Part shown: piece after piece, positions 1 to 9,567 of the stretch
Position numbering within the stretch: the stretch's first letter is position 1
Layout: each line of letters starts with the position of its first letter
Source: a virus
IMG/VR virus record: IMGVR_UViG_3300046373_000039
Span: 20,284-84,283 of that record
Strand: one strand, 5' to 3'
DNA: 64,000 nucleotides
Notes under the pieces: generated by a model
Database searches by the model: none
The model's input: the letters and a program-made list of their open reading frames with translations, nothing else
What the model was told of the DNA's origin: nothing
Position numbers and translations under genes: made by a program

Positions 1-1
1 C

Positions 2-304
2 GAATTCGACTTCCTTTTGCGTGCCAAAGTACCACGTAGCTCAAAGCTGTATTTGTGCTATGAAGATGGTCGTGACATTCAACAACAGAATATTTGCCGA
101 TACTATCCATCTGAACACGGCGGTAAATTGGTTAAGTTGATGCCAGCTTTGATTGATGGTGGTGAGTGGCGTAGACTTGGTATGGACACAGCATACTCAG
201 TAGAAACTTGTAATAACATTACAGATTTTGATTGGAAAAAACTCAATTATGAGTATTATATTAACGAAGCTTTAAAGCTCGTAGAAGGTGTGGGGTTAAA
301 ATGA
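2..304 (+). CDS. DNA polymerase, C-terminal fragment (truncated by window edge)
   Basis: Frame open from position 2 (EFDFLLRAKVPR...). Ends in DFDWKKLNYEYYINEALKLV, the typical C-terminus of family-B-like phage polymerases. Sits in a replication gene block. Confidence 0.7.
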   Translation, partial: EFDFLLRAKVPRSSKLYLCYEDGRDIQQQNICRYYPSEHGGKLVKLMPALIDGGEWRRLGMDTAYSVETCNNITDFDWKKLNYEYYINEALKLVEGVGLK

Positions 305-882
305 CGGGCATTAGGGACTATAAGGAGGCTTCACTATATTTTGAATATGATGAAAATTCACCTTCAGGACTAAAGTGGAAAGAAAATTCAGGATGGACAG
401 GTAAATATTTTAAAAGATTTCAAGGTACATATGCTGGTTCAAAATGTAAAAATCAAAAAAGGGTTTTCACAGCATGGGTAATGAGAGTAAATTCTAAAAA
501 TTATTTAGCTCATAGAATAATCTGGTGCCTATTTAATGGCAATATAGACGAAAGTTTAAATATTGATCATATAGATGGTAATCCATTAAATAATAAGATT
601 GACAATTTGAGGCTAATCACTCAGACTATTAATAACAGAAATCATGCAAAACAGGTGAATAATAAAACTGGAAAAACTGGCGTGAGTAGATTGACTACGA
701 GAGGCGTTGAGTATTATTCTGCAACATGGTCGGAACCGTTAAAAGGAGCTAGATCTAAAAGGTTCAGTATCAAAAAGTATGGAGAGGCTAAAGCTTTTGA
801 GCTAGCCAGCGAATATAGGGATATGAAAATGGCTGAATTTGATCAGTTAGGATTAACCTACTCTGATAGACATGGATTATGA
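301..882 (+). CDS. HNH homing endonuclease with C-terminal AP2-like domain
   Basis: AHRIIW...IDHIDGNPLNNKIDNLR HNH_3 motif, then NKTGKTGVS...FSIKKYGEAKAFELA AP2-like region. Confidence 0.9.
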   Translation: MTGIRDYKEASLYFEYDENSPSGLKWKENSGWTGKYFKRFQGTYAGSKCKNQKRVFTAWVMRVNSKNYLAHRIIWCLFNGNIDESLNIDHIDGNPLNNKIDNLRLITQTINNRNHAKQVNNKTGKTGVSRLTTRGVEYYSATWSEPLKGARSKRFSIKKYGEAKAFELASEYRDMKMAEFDQLGLTYSDRHGL

Positions 883-902
883 AAGAAATCTCAAAATAAA
901 AC

Positions 903-931
903 CTTTACACAACACTCTTATTATGCGATAA
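903..931 (+). promoter_or_regulatory. sigma70-like promoter
   Basis: TTTACA-N17-GATAAT in an intergenic gap. Confidence 0.6.
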
Positions 932-974
932 TATACGTGTAAATTAAATATCAAGCTGAATGAAGGAGAGGGAA

Positions 975-1163
975 ATGAAGACTGAACAAGAATATAGCGA
1001 CATGGCAGACCTGCACTACGCACATCAGTTTGGTCAAGATTATGTTCGTCAAGGTTATAATAAAAATATTATTACAGAATTTGATAAAACCTTTAAGGGC
1101 GGGCATATTTACAAACAAGAGTTTGATCGTGGCGTAAAATACGAAGAAACAAAATTTAACTAA
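975..1163 (+). CDS. hypothetical protein
   Basis: ORF with AAGGAGAG SD upstream of ATG 975. Confidence 0.7.
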   Translation: MKTEQEYSDMADLHYAHQFGQDYVRQGYNKNIITEFDKTFKGGHIYKQEFDRGVKYEETKFN

Positions 1164-1180
1164 ACCCGAGGAGAAATAAA

Positions 1181-1354
1181 ATGAACACACTAATCCAATA
1201 CGTAGTAGCAGATGAACAAAACGTGTACGCTAGTGCATCAACTCGTAAAGATGCCCGTACATATCTCAAAACTGTAAAGCAAGAACTTGGTAAAACCACA
1301 GCTAAGATTTATCAGCAAGAGTTTCTACTTTTGTCTGAAAAGCAGGTTCGATAA
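1181..1354 (+). CDS. hypothetical protein (57 aa, not in ORF track)
   Basis: GAGGAGAAATAAA-ATG; translates as MNTLIQYVVADEQ...EKQVR. Confidence 0.7.
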   Translation: MNTLIQYVVADEQNVYASASTRKDARTYLKTVKQELGKTTAKIYQQEFLLLSEKQVR

Positions 1355-1355
1355 G

Positions 1356-1583
1356 ATGGGCACCATCCGCATTACTGAAACATCCCGTACAAGCGAACTA
1401 TCCTCAACAGTTGAATATGAATTCAGTGACTTCCAAGATTATATTTCTTGGCGTAATCTGCAAAGTAAACAACTGAAAGATTCTCTGATGGATATCTTTG
1501 GTGGACTTGGAGATATTCCAGGGGAAGAGTCTCAGGCAGAGATTGTAGATATTTCTGTTGGGAAGAAACCTACGAAACATTAA
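1356..1583 (+). CDS. hypothetical protein
   Basis: ATG immediately after the previous stop (MGTIRITET...). Confidence 0.65.
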   Translation: MGTIRITETSRTSELSSTVEYEFSDFQDYISWRNLQSKQLKDSLMDIFGGLGDIPGEESQAEIVDISVGKKPTKH

Positions 1584-1597
1584 TTGAGGAGAAATAA

Positions 1598-1891
1598 ATG
1601 CTAGAAGAAGTAATGCAATACATTGAGTTAATTCCAGAGTTCAAACCAGTTGTACGTAAAGTGCTTGATGGTCTGAAAGCTTATGAAGAAGAGTGTAACG
1701 AGATTACAGACTTTGTAATTGACCGTACAGTTGCTAACAAAGTTAAAATGTACAAAGCTTTCCAAGCTGCTGGTATTAGTGATGATCATTCGTTGGTTCT
1801 GACAGTGAACACTTATCAGCAGTTTGAGAAAACTGCAAAAGAATTTGGTAAGAATATTTCGGCTAACAAAGCGGATAAGATTGCTAAATAA
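1598..1891 (+). CDS. hypothetical protein
   Basis: ORF with GAGGAGAAA SD. Confidence 0.75.
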   Translation: MLEEVMQYIELIPEFKPVVRKVLDGLKAYEEECNEITDFVIDRTVANKVKMYKAFQAAGISDDHSLVLTVNTYQQFEKTAKEFGKNISANKADKIAK

Positions 1892-1957
1892 ACGAGTCTT
1901 AAAATACTCAACGTAATAGTGAACTAAATTAATACACACCAAAATAGAGAGAAATAA

Positions 1958-2650
1958 ATGACTACTTCTGTAATTGTAAAACAACTTCCTAAGTCTGGTA
2001 CTCTGGAAACCTTTAACGTGTACATCTTGAACACGCCTGTGTTCTATGCGAAAGTGCATGACGTGAAGTTTAAATATCAAAGCACTACTGATAAAGAATA
2101 CAGCCTCACTCCTTTTGTAGACGAGGAGACAAAAGACAGGCTGCTAGACGAAGTTATGTTGAACAAAACTTTTGCCCAAGTTGGTAAGGATAAAACATCA
2201 AAGGCGCCGCGGCGCATCAAGTATCCTCTGTCTTCACAAGTTGAAGAGGGCAAGACAAACTATGATGTAGTTGATGGTTTGTTTGGCTTCACTGTAGCAA
2301 AACCTGAGTTCAGCAAGGCCGGTAACAAGATGTCAGTCAATGTTATTGACAAAGATGGTCAAGCGTTCACAGCCGATATCGGCAATGGGTCTGTATGTAC
2401 TCTGAAACTTTTTGGTTACAAAAACGTTGAAGGTCAACTGACGGTTACGTTGGACACTGTACAGGTCATTGAACATGTACCTTATGAAAGCAAAGGCGGT
2501 GACGGTAGCGTTGAAGATGAGGTTCTGGGTAACTACAAGGTTAAGAAGGCTGAGCCTAAAACAAATGAAGAGGAAGCTCCAGCACCAAAGACTAAAGCGG
2601 CACTAGAGCCTGTAGCGATTGACGAAGAGGAAGACCCACTTCCATTCTGA
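1958..2650 (+). CDS. ssb: single-stranded DNA-binding protein (T7 gp2.5-like OB fold)
   Basis: IGNGS..LKLFGY...LDTVQVIEHVPY core and an acidic tail ending DEEEDPLPF. Confidence 0.8.
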   Translation: MTTSVIVKQLPKSGTLETFNVYILNTPVFYAKVHDVKFKYQSTTDKEYSLTPFVDEETKDRLLDEVMLNKTFAQVGKDKTSKAPRRIKYPLSSQVEEGKTNYDVVDGLFGFTVAKPEFSKAGNKMSVNVIDKDGQAFTADIGNGSVCTLKLFGYKNVEGQLTVTLDTVQVIEHVPYESKGGDGSVEDEVLGNYKVKKAEPKTNEEEAPAPKTKAALEPVAIDEEEDPLPF

Positions 2651-2697
2651 TCTAAAACAAGGTACATGGATTGTGCCACTTATTTAAGGAGAGATTT

Positions 2698-2859
2698 ATG
2701 CAACTATCTGAAAGTGAGTTACTTAGTCTATTTGTGAAACGATATACTGAAATGAAAGGTAAGCAACGAAATGATCGACGAGATTACAAACCAGTTGAAG
2801 AAGCGCTGGATGCATTTGTAACCAAGTTTAAAGAAATCAATTCAACTCGATACATTTAA
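2698..2859 (+). CDS. hypothetical protein
   Basis: AAGGAGAG SD, ATG 2698. Confidence 0.6.
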   Translation: MQLSESELLSLFVKRYTEMKGKQRNDRRDYKPVEEALDAFVTKFKEINSTRYI

Positions 2860-2869
2860 GGGGACAAGC

Positions 2870-3001
2870 ATGACTGAAGCAACCTTGAACACAGAATCAC
2901 AAACACTGAAGAATTTATATGATGCACTTGATAAAGCAATTGCAAGTGAACAAGCGGATTTGATTAATGTGCTGAGTTCAGCAATTCAACGACTACGATA
3001 A
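2870..3001 (+). CDS. hypothetical protein (43 aa, not in ORF track)
   Basis: AAGGGG SD; MTEATLNTESQ...IQRLR fills the gap exactly. Confidence 0.6.
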   Translation: MTEATLNTESQTLKNLYDALDKAIASEQADLINVLSSAIQRLR

Positions 3002-3012
3002 GGAGAAATACA

Positions 3013-3288
3013 TTGGAAACTATGATGCACATTGGTGCAAAGCTTGATAAAGAAACAGCAGATAATGCTTCAAATGCAATTGAGCAAATCTTGAAGGCAG
3101 CCTTTGAGTATCGCAGTAGCGATAAAGTTTTGCTGAAGAGTTTGGATGTGCTTAAAGCTGCTGTTACTGTACAAGGTGTTAATATTAGTGGCTGTACATT
3201 TGATAATGATCAGAGCAAAAAGGTTATTATTGAAGTCCTCTCTGATTACACAATACCTAATAGCAGTGCTGTAGAATACAAACTTTAA
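3013..3288 (+). CDS. hypothetical protein
   Basis: AAGGAGAAA SD. Confidence 0.7.
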   Translation: METMMHIGAKLDKETADNASNAIEQILKAAFEYRSSDKVLLKSLDVLKAAVTVQGVNISGCTFDNDQSKKVIIEVLSDYTIPNSSAVEYKL

Positions 3289-3298
3289 GGAGAAACAA

Positions 3299-3556
3299 AT
3301 GATTACCGAACGAGAACTATACGACCGTCTTGTAGACCTAGAAACTCAAAAGCTTACTCTTACTGCTGACATCAATGCTTTGAAAGCTGACAGTAAGTAT
3401 AGTGAATATGATAATCCAAAAGGCTTGGCAAAAGAAGATATTAAGAATATTCATGGTGCCAGCAAGCTTCGTGCAAAGGCTGACTACGAAGAGAAGAAAG
3501 AAGCTGCTCAAGCTGTGTTCAAGAAGTATGAAGAACTTGAGCAATATAATGACTGA
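3299..3556 (+). CDS. GapR/DUF2312-like small DNA-binding protein
   Basis: LYDRLVDLETQKLTLTADINALKADSK...GLAKEDIKNI..SKLRAK follows the helical pattern of DUF2312/GapR and T4 DsbA-like proteins. Confidence 0.55.
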   Translation: MITERELYDRLVDLETQKLTLTADINALKADSKYSEYDNPKGLAKEDIKNIHGASKLRAKADYEEKKEAAQAVFKKYEELEQYND

Positions 3557-3569
3557 TAAGTAATATTGA

Positions 3570-3595
3570 GGGGAGCTTTTTGCTCCCCTTTGTTT
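3570..3595 (+). terminator. intrinsic terminator
   Basis: GGGAGC-ttttt-GCTCCC followed by ctttgttt. Confidence 0.65.
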
Positions 3596-3610
3596 AAGTG
3601 GGAGAAATAA

Positions 3611-4678
3611 GTGAGTGATAAATACGAACTAGTCTTACTGGATGCTGACACTCCGGTCTTTAAAGCTGCAAAGTCTGTGCAACAAGATTACATTATCGTA
3701 AGCCGTAAATCTGATGGCGCAACTAAACGGTATAAGAACAAAACTGAATTCTGGGGACACCACAAAAAGAAAGAGGGTGGTGAGCTTGCAAAGAACAATC
3801 TTATTCGTATTGAGAGAGGACTTGAGCCAAATAAACCAGAAGATTATGAAGTAGAAGAGTGTGCTGAATTGGTACCTGAAATTGAGGATCATGTAGCAGC
3901 AGGAGTAGAACAGTTTGACCGATTTGTAGGTAAAATTAAGGGATTAAACCTTGCTCAAGACTACAGGCTAGGCATTGGTGGGAATGGTAACTTTCGCTAC
4001 GAAATGTCTCAACAATTGCCCTATAAAGGGGCTAGGAAGGACAAGCCTTTATTGTTCCTTGAAATTAAAGAAGCCATTATTAAAAAGTATCGAAACAAAG
4101 TTGTAGTGGTTGATGATGAAGAAGTAGATGATTGGTGTTCAATCAAGGGTTATGAGAACTACAAACATTTTCTTAAAACAGGTAAGTGGAAATATGTTCT
4201 TGGGTTCTTGGATAAAGACATCAAACAAGTTATTTCTCCTCAGTTCAACTTTGATGATCAGTTTCCAGAAGTGATTATTCCAACCCCGTTTGATGCTGCT
4301 AAATGTTTTGCAAGCCAATGCCTAAGCGGGGATCTGTCCACGGACAATATTCTTGGACTTCCTAACTTTACAAAAGAGATTCAAGAGAAATATAAGTTAG
4401 GTGGAACTCGTGGAATTGGTAAGGCTACTGCTCTGAAGTACCTTGAATCGGCAACAACTATCAAAGAGTTGTTTGAACGAGTTGTTGAGGCTTATAAGAG
4501 CTATTACGGAACACAGAAGCAAGAGCTTGTCAGTCACACAGGACAGTGCTTGATGTGGGATTGGTTGGACTTTTTGCAAGACAATGCTCAGCTTCTCTAC
4601 TTGCGAAGAGAGGAAAGCGAGATGTATCATATTTGTACTACATTAGATAAATTAGGGATTGATTATGGAGTTGATTGA
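3611..4678 (+). CDS. 5'-3' exonuclease (T7 gp6/FEN-like)
   Basis: LLDAD, NFR...YKGAR, EVDD, DKDIKQ, GDLSTDNILG and GIGKATA motifs. Confidence 0.9.
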   Translation: MSDKYELVLLDADTPVFKAAKSVQQDYIIVSRKSDGATKRYKNKTEFWGHHKKKEGGELAKNNLIRIERGLEPNKPEDYEVEECAELVPEIEDHVAAGVEQFDRFVGKIKGLNLAQDYRLGIGGNGNFRYEMSQQLPYKGARKDKPLLFLEIKEAIIKKYRNKVVVVDDEEVDDWCSIKGYENYKHFLKTGKWKYVLGFLDKDIKQVISPQFNFDDQFPEVIIPTPFDAAKCFASQCLSGDLSTDNILGLPNFTKEIQEKYKLGGTRGIGKATALKYLESATTIKELFERVVEAYKSYYGTQKQELVSHTGQCLMWDWLDFLQDNAQLLYLRREESEMYHICTTLDKLGIDYGVD

Positions 4679-5399
4679 CAGAAAAACGGCATTAGATTTA
4701 GGGTTAACCACTTATTTCACCGGTAAGGCTTGTTTGAAAGGACACATTACAGTGAGACGTGTGGGTTGTGGTAGTTGCATTGAGTGTCGTAGAATCAGAA
4801 CTAAGAGGTGGCGAGAAGAGGGTAAACAGACAGAATTTGTTCCCGCAGGCAAGCCTTTACCATCCCAAGAGTTTTTAAGGGAATGTTTTGATTATATTTT
4901 TGAGACAGGTCAATTAATTTGGAGGACTAGACCGAGGCATCATTTTGCAACTCAACGAGGTTGTAGTACAGCCAATTCTAGGTTTGCTAATAAAGTTGCT
5001 GGACACTATCACAGCAGGAATGGATACCTTGAAATTAGATTTGATAAAAATCTATATAAGGGACATAGGATTATCTATAAACTTTTGACTGGAGAAGATC
5101 CTGAAGGCATGCTTGACCACATTGATGGTGATGTATCTAACAATAGAATAGAAAATCTTAGGGCTTGCACTGCACAAGAAAATGCCAGAAACTCAAATAA
5201 GAGGTCGCAGAAAGGTAAAGCAACGAGTGTATACAAAGGTGTTAATAAACATAGAAATCTTTGGAAAGTTACATTGACCATAAATGATAACGAGGTGAAG
5301 ATAGTCAGAACTTTTAAAACTGAGATTGAAGCTGCGCTATGTTACGACGAGCTGGCTAAAGAGCATTATGGAGAATTTGCACAGTTGAATTTCCCATGA
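4665..5399 (+). CDS. HNH homing endonuclease (N-terminal Zn-binding module, C-terminal AP2-like)
   Basis: YFTGKACLKGH...CGSCIEC; HRIIY...LDHIDGDVSNNRIENLR; YKGV...EIEAALCYD...GEFAQLNFP. Confidence 0.9.
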   Translation: MELIDRKTALDLGLTTYFTGKACLKGHITVRRVGCGSCIECRRIRTKRWREEGKQTEFVPAGKPLPSQEFLRECFDYIFETGQLIWRTRPRHHFATQRGCSTANSRFANKVAGHYHSRNGYLEIRFDKNLYKGHRIIYKLLTGEDPEGMLDHIDGDVSNNRIENLRACTAQENARNSNKRSQKGKATSVYKGVNKHRNLWKVTLTINDNEVKIVRTFKTEIEAALCYDELAKEHYGEFAQLNFP

Positions 5400-6004
5400 C
5401 ACTTCCAACCCAAGCTGACATTGACAAACGTAAAGCTAATCTTGAGAAATTCCTAAAAGAAATTGATCCCATGACAGGGAAGTCACATGAGAAGAGTATG
5501 GTCAGTGTTGTACGTTCATCTATTCGTAAAGCGTGGATGCGTTCACCTACAAAGCTAGCTTACTTGTATATGAAGACAGAGCCTGACATGGACCCTAACA
5601 CTCGCACGAAGTGGAAAGTTATGTGCGAGTGTTGTGGGAACTACTTCAAGATCAATGAGGTTGAGTGTGACCATATTGAAGGACACAACACATTCACCAA
5701 AGTATCAGATTTTCAAACTTACTTTGACAGTATCTTGATGGTTGGATTTGATGGCTTGCAAATTTTGTGTTCTGAGAACTGCCACCCCACAAAGACTTTG
5801 GCAGAAAAACTTGACATATCTTTCGAATCTGCTAAAATTGAACGTGAAGTAATTAAAATCTGTAAACTGAAAGCATCAGAAATTGATTCTTGGCTAAAAG
5901 AGCGTAGTGTTGTAGTAGCTAAGAATCCAAAAAGCAGACGTGATGCTGTTCGTAAAGTGCTAGAAGAGGAGATGAAAAATGAGTCAAGTTTATGTAGTAA
6001 CTAA
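5396..6004 (+). CDS. HNH-type endonuclease (conserved, next to exonuclease; possible resolvase)
   Basis: CECC...VECDHI...LQILCSENCHPTKT zinc-binding HNH fold. Confidence 0.75.
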   Translation: MTLPTQADIDKRKANLEKFLKEIDPMTGKSHEKSMVSVVRSSIRKAWMRSPTKLAYLYMKTEPDMDPNTRTKWKVMCECCGNYFKINEVECDHIEGHNTFTKVSDFQTYFDSILMVGFDGLQILCSENCHPTKTLAEKLDISFESAKIEREVIKICKLKASEIDSWLKERSVVVAKNPKSRRDAVRKVLEEEMKNESSLCSN

Positions 6005-6149
6005 CCCAGAGCTTGGTTGGGATTGTGTCGTAGCTGTATTCAAGTGTGACGATGTTTCTAAAGAAAGTATTAAAAAGGTCTTTTCAGAAGATATCTATGT
6101 AATCCATTGTCCTCAAGAAGTTCATAAAGATACAGGAGAATTCCAATGA
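5979..6149 (+). CDS. hypothetical protein (56 aa)
   Basis: GAGGAGAT SD; MSQVYVVTNPELGWDCVVAVF... Confidence 0.65.
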   Translation: MSQVYVVTNPELGWDCVVAVFKCDDVSKESIKKVFSEDIYVIHCPQEVHKDTGEFQ

Positions 6150-6319
6150 GCAAGCTAAGTAAAGAGACTATGTACACAGAACTGAGTATTCAAATTGGTT
6201 CATTGACTGCAAAGGTTGATAAGATTTTGGAACTACTTCTTGAAGATCAGAAACTTTACACTATCAACCAGACAGTAAATATTCTTGATGATGAGAAGTT
6301 TCGTGAGGAGTTCAAATAA
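6146..6319 (+). CDS. hypothetical protein (57 aa)
   Basis: AGGAGAA SD; ATGA overlap with the previous gene. Confidence 0.6.
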   Translation: MSKLSKETMYTELSIQIGSLTAKVDKILELLLEDQKLYTINQTVNILDDEKFREEFK

Positions 6320-6434
6320 TGATGCTTAAAGATCGATTCACTCTTTCGACCTATATTGAGATGTCAGTTCAATACTATACATTCTTCTATGTGTGGGCTT
6401 GCCAATTCCAACCTACAATTCTTGGGTTTTAGCT

Positions 6435-6653
6435 ATGGGAGACGTCAGGGAGTTATTTCCTAAGAAGGTTGATAAGGTTACTGTTGAAGTAGATCCTCTT
6501 ACATACTGGAAATTGCGTAATGAAGTGATTTCTGATGAATTTATTAAATACAATGCCTACGAGAAACAAGAGATTCTTGATACGGTGCTTCAGATGAACT
6601 TGGAGCTTTACGGATTAGTTATTAAATTGAAGGAGAGATTAAATGAAAACTGA
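6435..6653 (+). CDS. hypothetical protein
   Basis: ORF in the + strand operon; start uncertain. Confidence 0.55.
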   Translation: MGDVRELFPKKVDKVTVEVDPLTYWKLRNEVISDEFIKYNAYEKQEILDTVLQMNLELYGLVIKLKERLNEN

Positions 6654-6858
6654 AATTTTAAATAATGGTGAACCTTTTCCTCTTAATTTTAATAAGATTG
6701 ATGAAATTATTATTTGTCATGGTGCTGTTCAATGTTTTCGAAGTGGAAGCTGTTATGCCACATATTCATTGAGTATGTTTTAAGAAGACAGTACACAAAC
6801 AATTTCTATTAAAGATGAGGAGTGATTGGTTTGAAACATTTGATCATTGTTGGTAAAG

Positions 6859-7329
6859 ATGACAGCAACAACTGAACGAGTATGTAAAAATTGTGAAGTT
6901 ATTTTTACTAGGGTAGTCAGAGCCGCACAGTTGTTTTGTTCGGCTGATTGTAGGAAGAAATATTGGAACAAACAGTGTTCAGACTCCAGCCACAAATGGC
7001 ACAAAAACAATCCAGAAAGAGTGATGTTACGATCAGCTAAACATAGAGCTAAGAAACAAGGGGTGGCTTTTGATTTGGTCTTAGGGGATATCGTAATACC
7101 GGAATATTGTCCTGTGCTAGGCATCAAACTAGAATGTAATGCAGGTAATGGAGGAGCTAAACAGAACTCACCATCTCTGGATAGAATAGTCCCCGCTCTA
7201 GGTTATGTGAAAGGTAATATTCAGGTTATGAGTCATTTAGCAAATGTAATGAAACACGATGCAAACCCTGAGCAACTTCTTAATTTCGCTGCTTGGGTTA
7301 TTGAAACTTACCGAGGAGAAACAAATTGA
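6859..7329 (+). CDS. HNH-like endonuclease with N-terminal Zn finger
   Basis: CKNC...FCSADC; PEYCPVLG...SPSLDRIVPALGYVKGNIQVMSHLANVMK. Confidence 0.8.
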   Translation: MTATTERVCKNCEVIFTRVVRAAQLFCSADCRKKYWNKQCSDSSHKWHKNNPERVMLRSAKHRAKKQGVAFDLVLGDIVIPEYCPVLGIKLECNAGNGGAKQNSPSLDRIVPALGYVKGNIQVMSHLANVMKHDANPEQLLNFAAWVIETYRGETN

Positions 7330-8102
7330 GTTCACGTATTTTAGTAATTCCAGACGCACAAGTAAAAGACGGCGTAGACATCGAACACCTGAAGTGGTGT
7401 GGAGAATATCTTGTAGAAAAGAAGCCGGACACAGTTGTTTGTTTAGGCGATTTCTGGGATTTTGAGAGCCTTTCTTTCTACGACAAAGGGACTCTTTCTT
7501 TTGAAGGTCGCCGCCTTAAGAAAGATATTGATGTTGGTAAAGAAGCAATGGAATTGATGCTTAAGCCGCTTAAAGATCTACAAGAGCGTCAACGGGCGAA
7601 TAAAAAGAAGGTTTATGAACCACGGCTTGTTTTCACTCTTGGTAATCACTGTGAACGATTGATGCGAGTTCCTAAAAGCTCTCCTGAGTTTGCTGGTTTT
7701 ATTGGCTATGAATTGCTAGACTTAGAACGTCATGGTTGGGAAGTTTATGACTTCCTCCTTCCAGTCGAAATTGAAGGTATTTACTTTGTTCACTTCTTGG
7801 CTAACCCAATGACTGGTAAGCCTTATGGTGGTACAGCAACGAGCATGCTGAAGAACGTTGGTAAGAGCTTTGTTCAAGGTCATAAACAAACTTTAGATAT
7901 TGCTGTACGACCTACGATTGATGGTAAGATGCAGATTGGCATCATTGCCGGTGCGTTCTATCAACACGAAGAAGCCTACAAGGGTTATACCGGAAATAAT
8001 CACTGGAGGGGTATGGTTATGCTAAATAATGCTAAGGATGGTTATGCTGATCCATGTTTTATTTCGATTGACTACCTTAAAAAGAAATACGGGAATAAAT
8101 AA
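7326..8102 (+). CDS. calcineurin-like metallophosphoesterase
   Basis: IPDAQ, LGDFWD, LGNHC, FVH and QGHKQ motifs. Confidence 0.9.
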   Translation: MSSRILVIPDAQVKDGVDIEHLKWCGEYLVEKKPDTVVCLGDFWDFESLSFYDKGTLSFEGRRLKKDIDVGKEAMELMLKPLKDLQERQRANKKKVYEPRLVFTLGNHCERLMRVPKSSPEFAGFIGYELLDLERHGWEVYDFLLPVEIEGIYFVHFLANPMTGKPYGGTATSMLKNVGKSFVQGHKQTLDIAVRPTIDGKMQIGIIAGAFYQHEEAYKGYTGNNHWRGMVMLNNAKDGYADPCFISIDYLKKKYGNK

Positions 8103-8103
8103 A

Positions 8104-8367
8104 ATGGAAAACTATGTACTATATCACCCAAAAGACGCAGTTACCTTTACGCTAGCTCAGTCTGAAGACTACCTGCGACTACAGCATGAACTTGAAACCA
8201 AAGGATGTGAATACGAAGTCAAAGAGTGGGGCCGTACATTCGACCAAGTAAACTGTGAATATGTGCCAACAATCCGTGTATACGAAGATGAGCGGTTTGT
8301 AGACTATACTGCGAATTACTTCAACACTTTTGATAAGATTAAAGCTGGACATTTCAAGGAGATTTAA
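8104..8367 (+). CDS. hypothetical protein, possibly glutaredoxin-like fold without CxxC
   Basis: 87 aa; YVLY...LETKGCEYEVKE...YVPTI resembles the Grx topology. Confidence 0.45.
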   Translation: MENYVLYHPKDAVTFTLAQSEDYLRLQHELETKGCEYEVKEWGRTFDQVNCEYVPTIRVYEDERFVDYTANYFNTFDKIKAGHFKEI

Positions 8368-8525
8368 AATAGAAAATTTCCGTTTGATAAACACTGTCAA
8401 CGGTTTAAGTGATGAGGTTGACAGACTGACTAAAGAACTGTACACTCTTAGACAGCAACAAGAGAATATGCTCGACCAAATACAGAAATTGAAGAATATT
8501 GCTAAACAGAATGAGGAGAGGGTTG

Positions 8526-8954
8526 ATGGAAGAAGCTAAGAAGTTTCGTGTAAGAGATGATATTTTGGTAAGTTATTATCTAGAGCCTGTTTCAAATGAT
8601 GATACTCATGTAGTTTGGTGGATTGAGGATGATGGTACAAGAGAGTCAACCAAGTATCGAGCAGACGCCATTGAGAAGCATTTTGCAGATGGTACATTCA
8701 AGTTTGTTGATGTAAAACCACAGGATATTCAAGGAACTCACACTTCAGCCCTAGACAAACAAGTAAGTGGTAATCACTATAAAGATTGCGGTATTCAACC
8801 AATTGAATATATTCACGCAAATGGTTTGAACTACTTCGAAGGTAATGCTGTAAAGTACATCACACGTCATCGTAAAAAGAATGGTAAGGCTGATATTGAG
8901 AAGGCCATTCATTATCTTGAACTTTTACTTGAGATGGAGTATAAAGAACAATGA
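8526..8954 (+). CDS. DUF3310 (SaV-like) protein
   Basis: QVSGNHYKDCGIQPIEYI...GNAVKYITR...KNGKADIEKAIHYL. Confidence 0.85.
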   Translation: MEEAKKFRVRDDILVSYYLEPVSNDDTHVVWWIEDDGTRESTKYRADAIEKHFADGTFKFVDVKPQDIQGTHTSALDKQVSGNHYKDCGIQPIEYIHANGLNYFEGNAVKYITRHRKKNGKADIEKAIHYLELLLEMEYKEQ

Positions 8955-9274
8955 TCTATTTAGCCTCCCCATACAGCTACAAAGCTGATGCAGAACTTAT
9001 GCATCTTCGATATGAACAAGCTCTTGCCAAGACAGCAGAGCTTACGCTACAAGGTTTGGCAGTATTTAGCCCAATCGTGTCTAGCCACCAACTGTCCCTA
9101 GCTCATGAAATGCCCACAACTTGGGACTTCTGGAAAACTGTAGATTATAAATTTCTAGATGCCTCTAGTGAATTATATGTTCTTATGCTAGACTGCTGGG
9201 ATAAGAGTGCAGGAGTTACAGCAGAAATTCAATATGCAAAAGAGATTGGGTTGCCAATTACTTATATTGTTTAA
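8951..9274 (+). CDS. DUF1937 / nucleoside 2-deoxyribosyltransferase-like protein
   Basis: MIYLASPYS...VFSPI..SH...W...D..FL...WDKSAGVTAEI. Confidence 0.8.
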   Translation: MIYLASPYSYKADAELMHLRYEQALAKTAELTLQGLAVFSPIVSSHQLSLAHEMPTTWDFWKTVDYKFLDASSELYVLMLDCWDKSAGVTAEIQYAKEIGLPITYIV

Positions 9275-9567
9275 GGAGAAAAGAATTGAAGTTTGACAAA
9301 AATGATCTATACTTGATCAAGGATTACCTAGAGGGGTTGCTTGAAGAATATGTTCTAGATGATCCAGATACAATGAAACGTGCTATTGAAGTTATTGATA
9401 AACTGATTAAGGCTTGAATATGACTAAGCCCACAATGAACTGGAAGATTGACGTAAGAACAAAAGAATATTATAATGAATTAGTTGCTACAGGGTTAGCT
9501 TGGGAACTTTATAAAGATCTTCCACTGACTTGGGAAGAGTGTTTGGAAGAATTGGAGGAGAGTGAGG

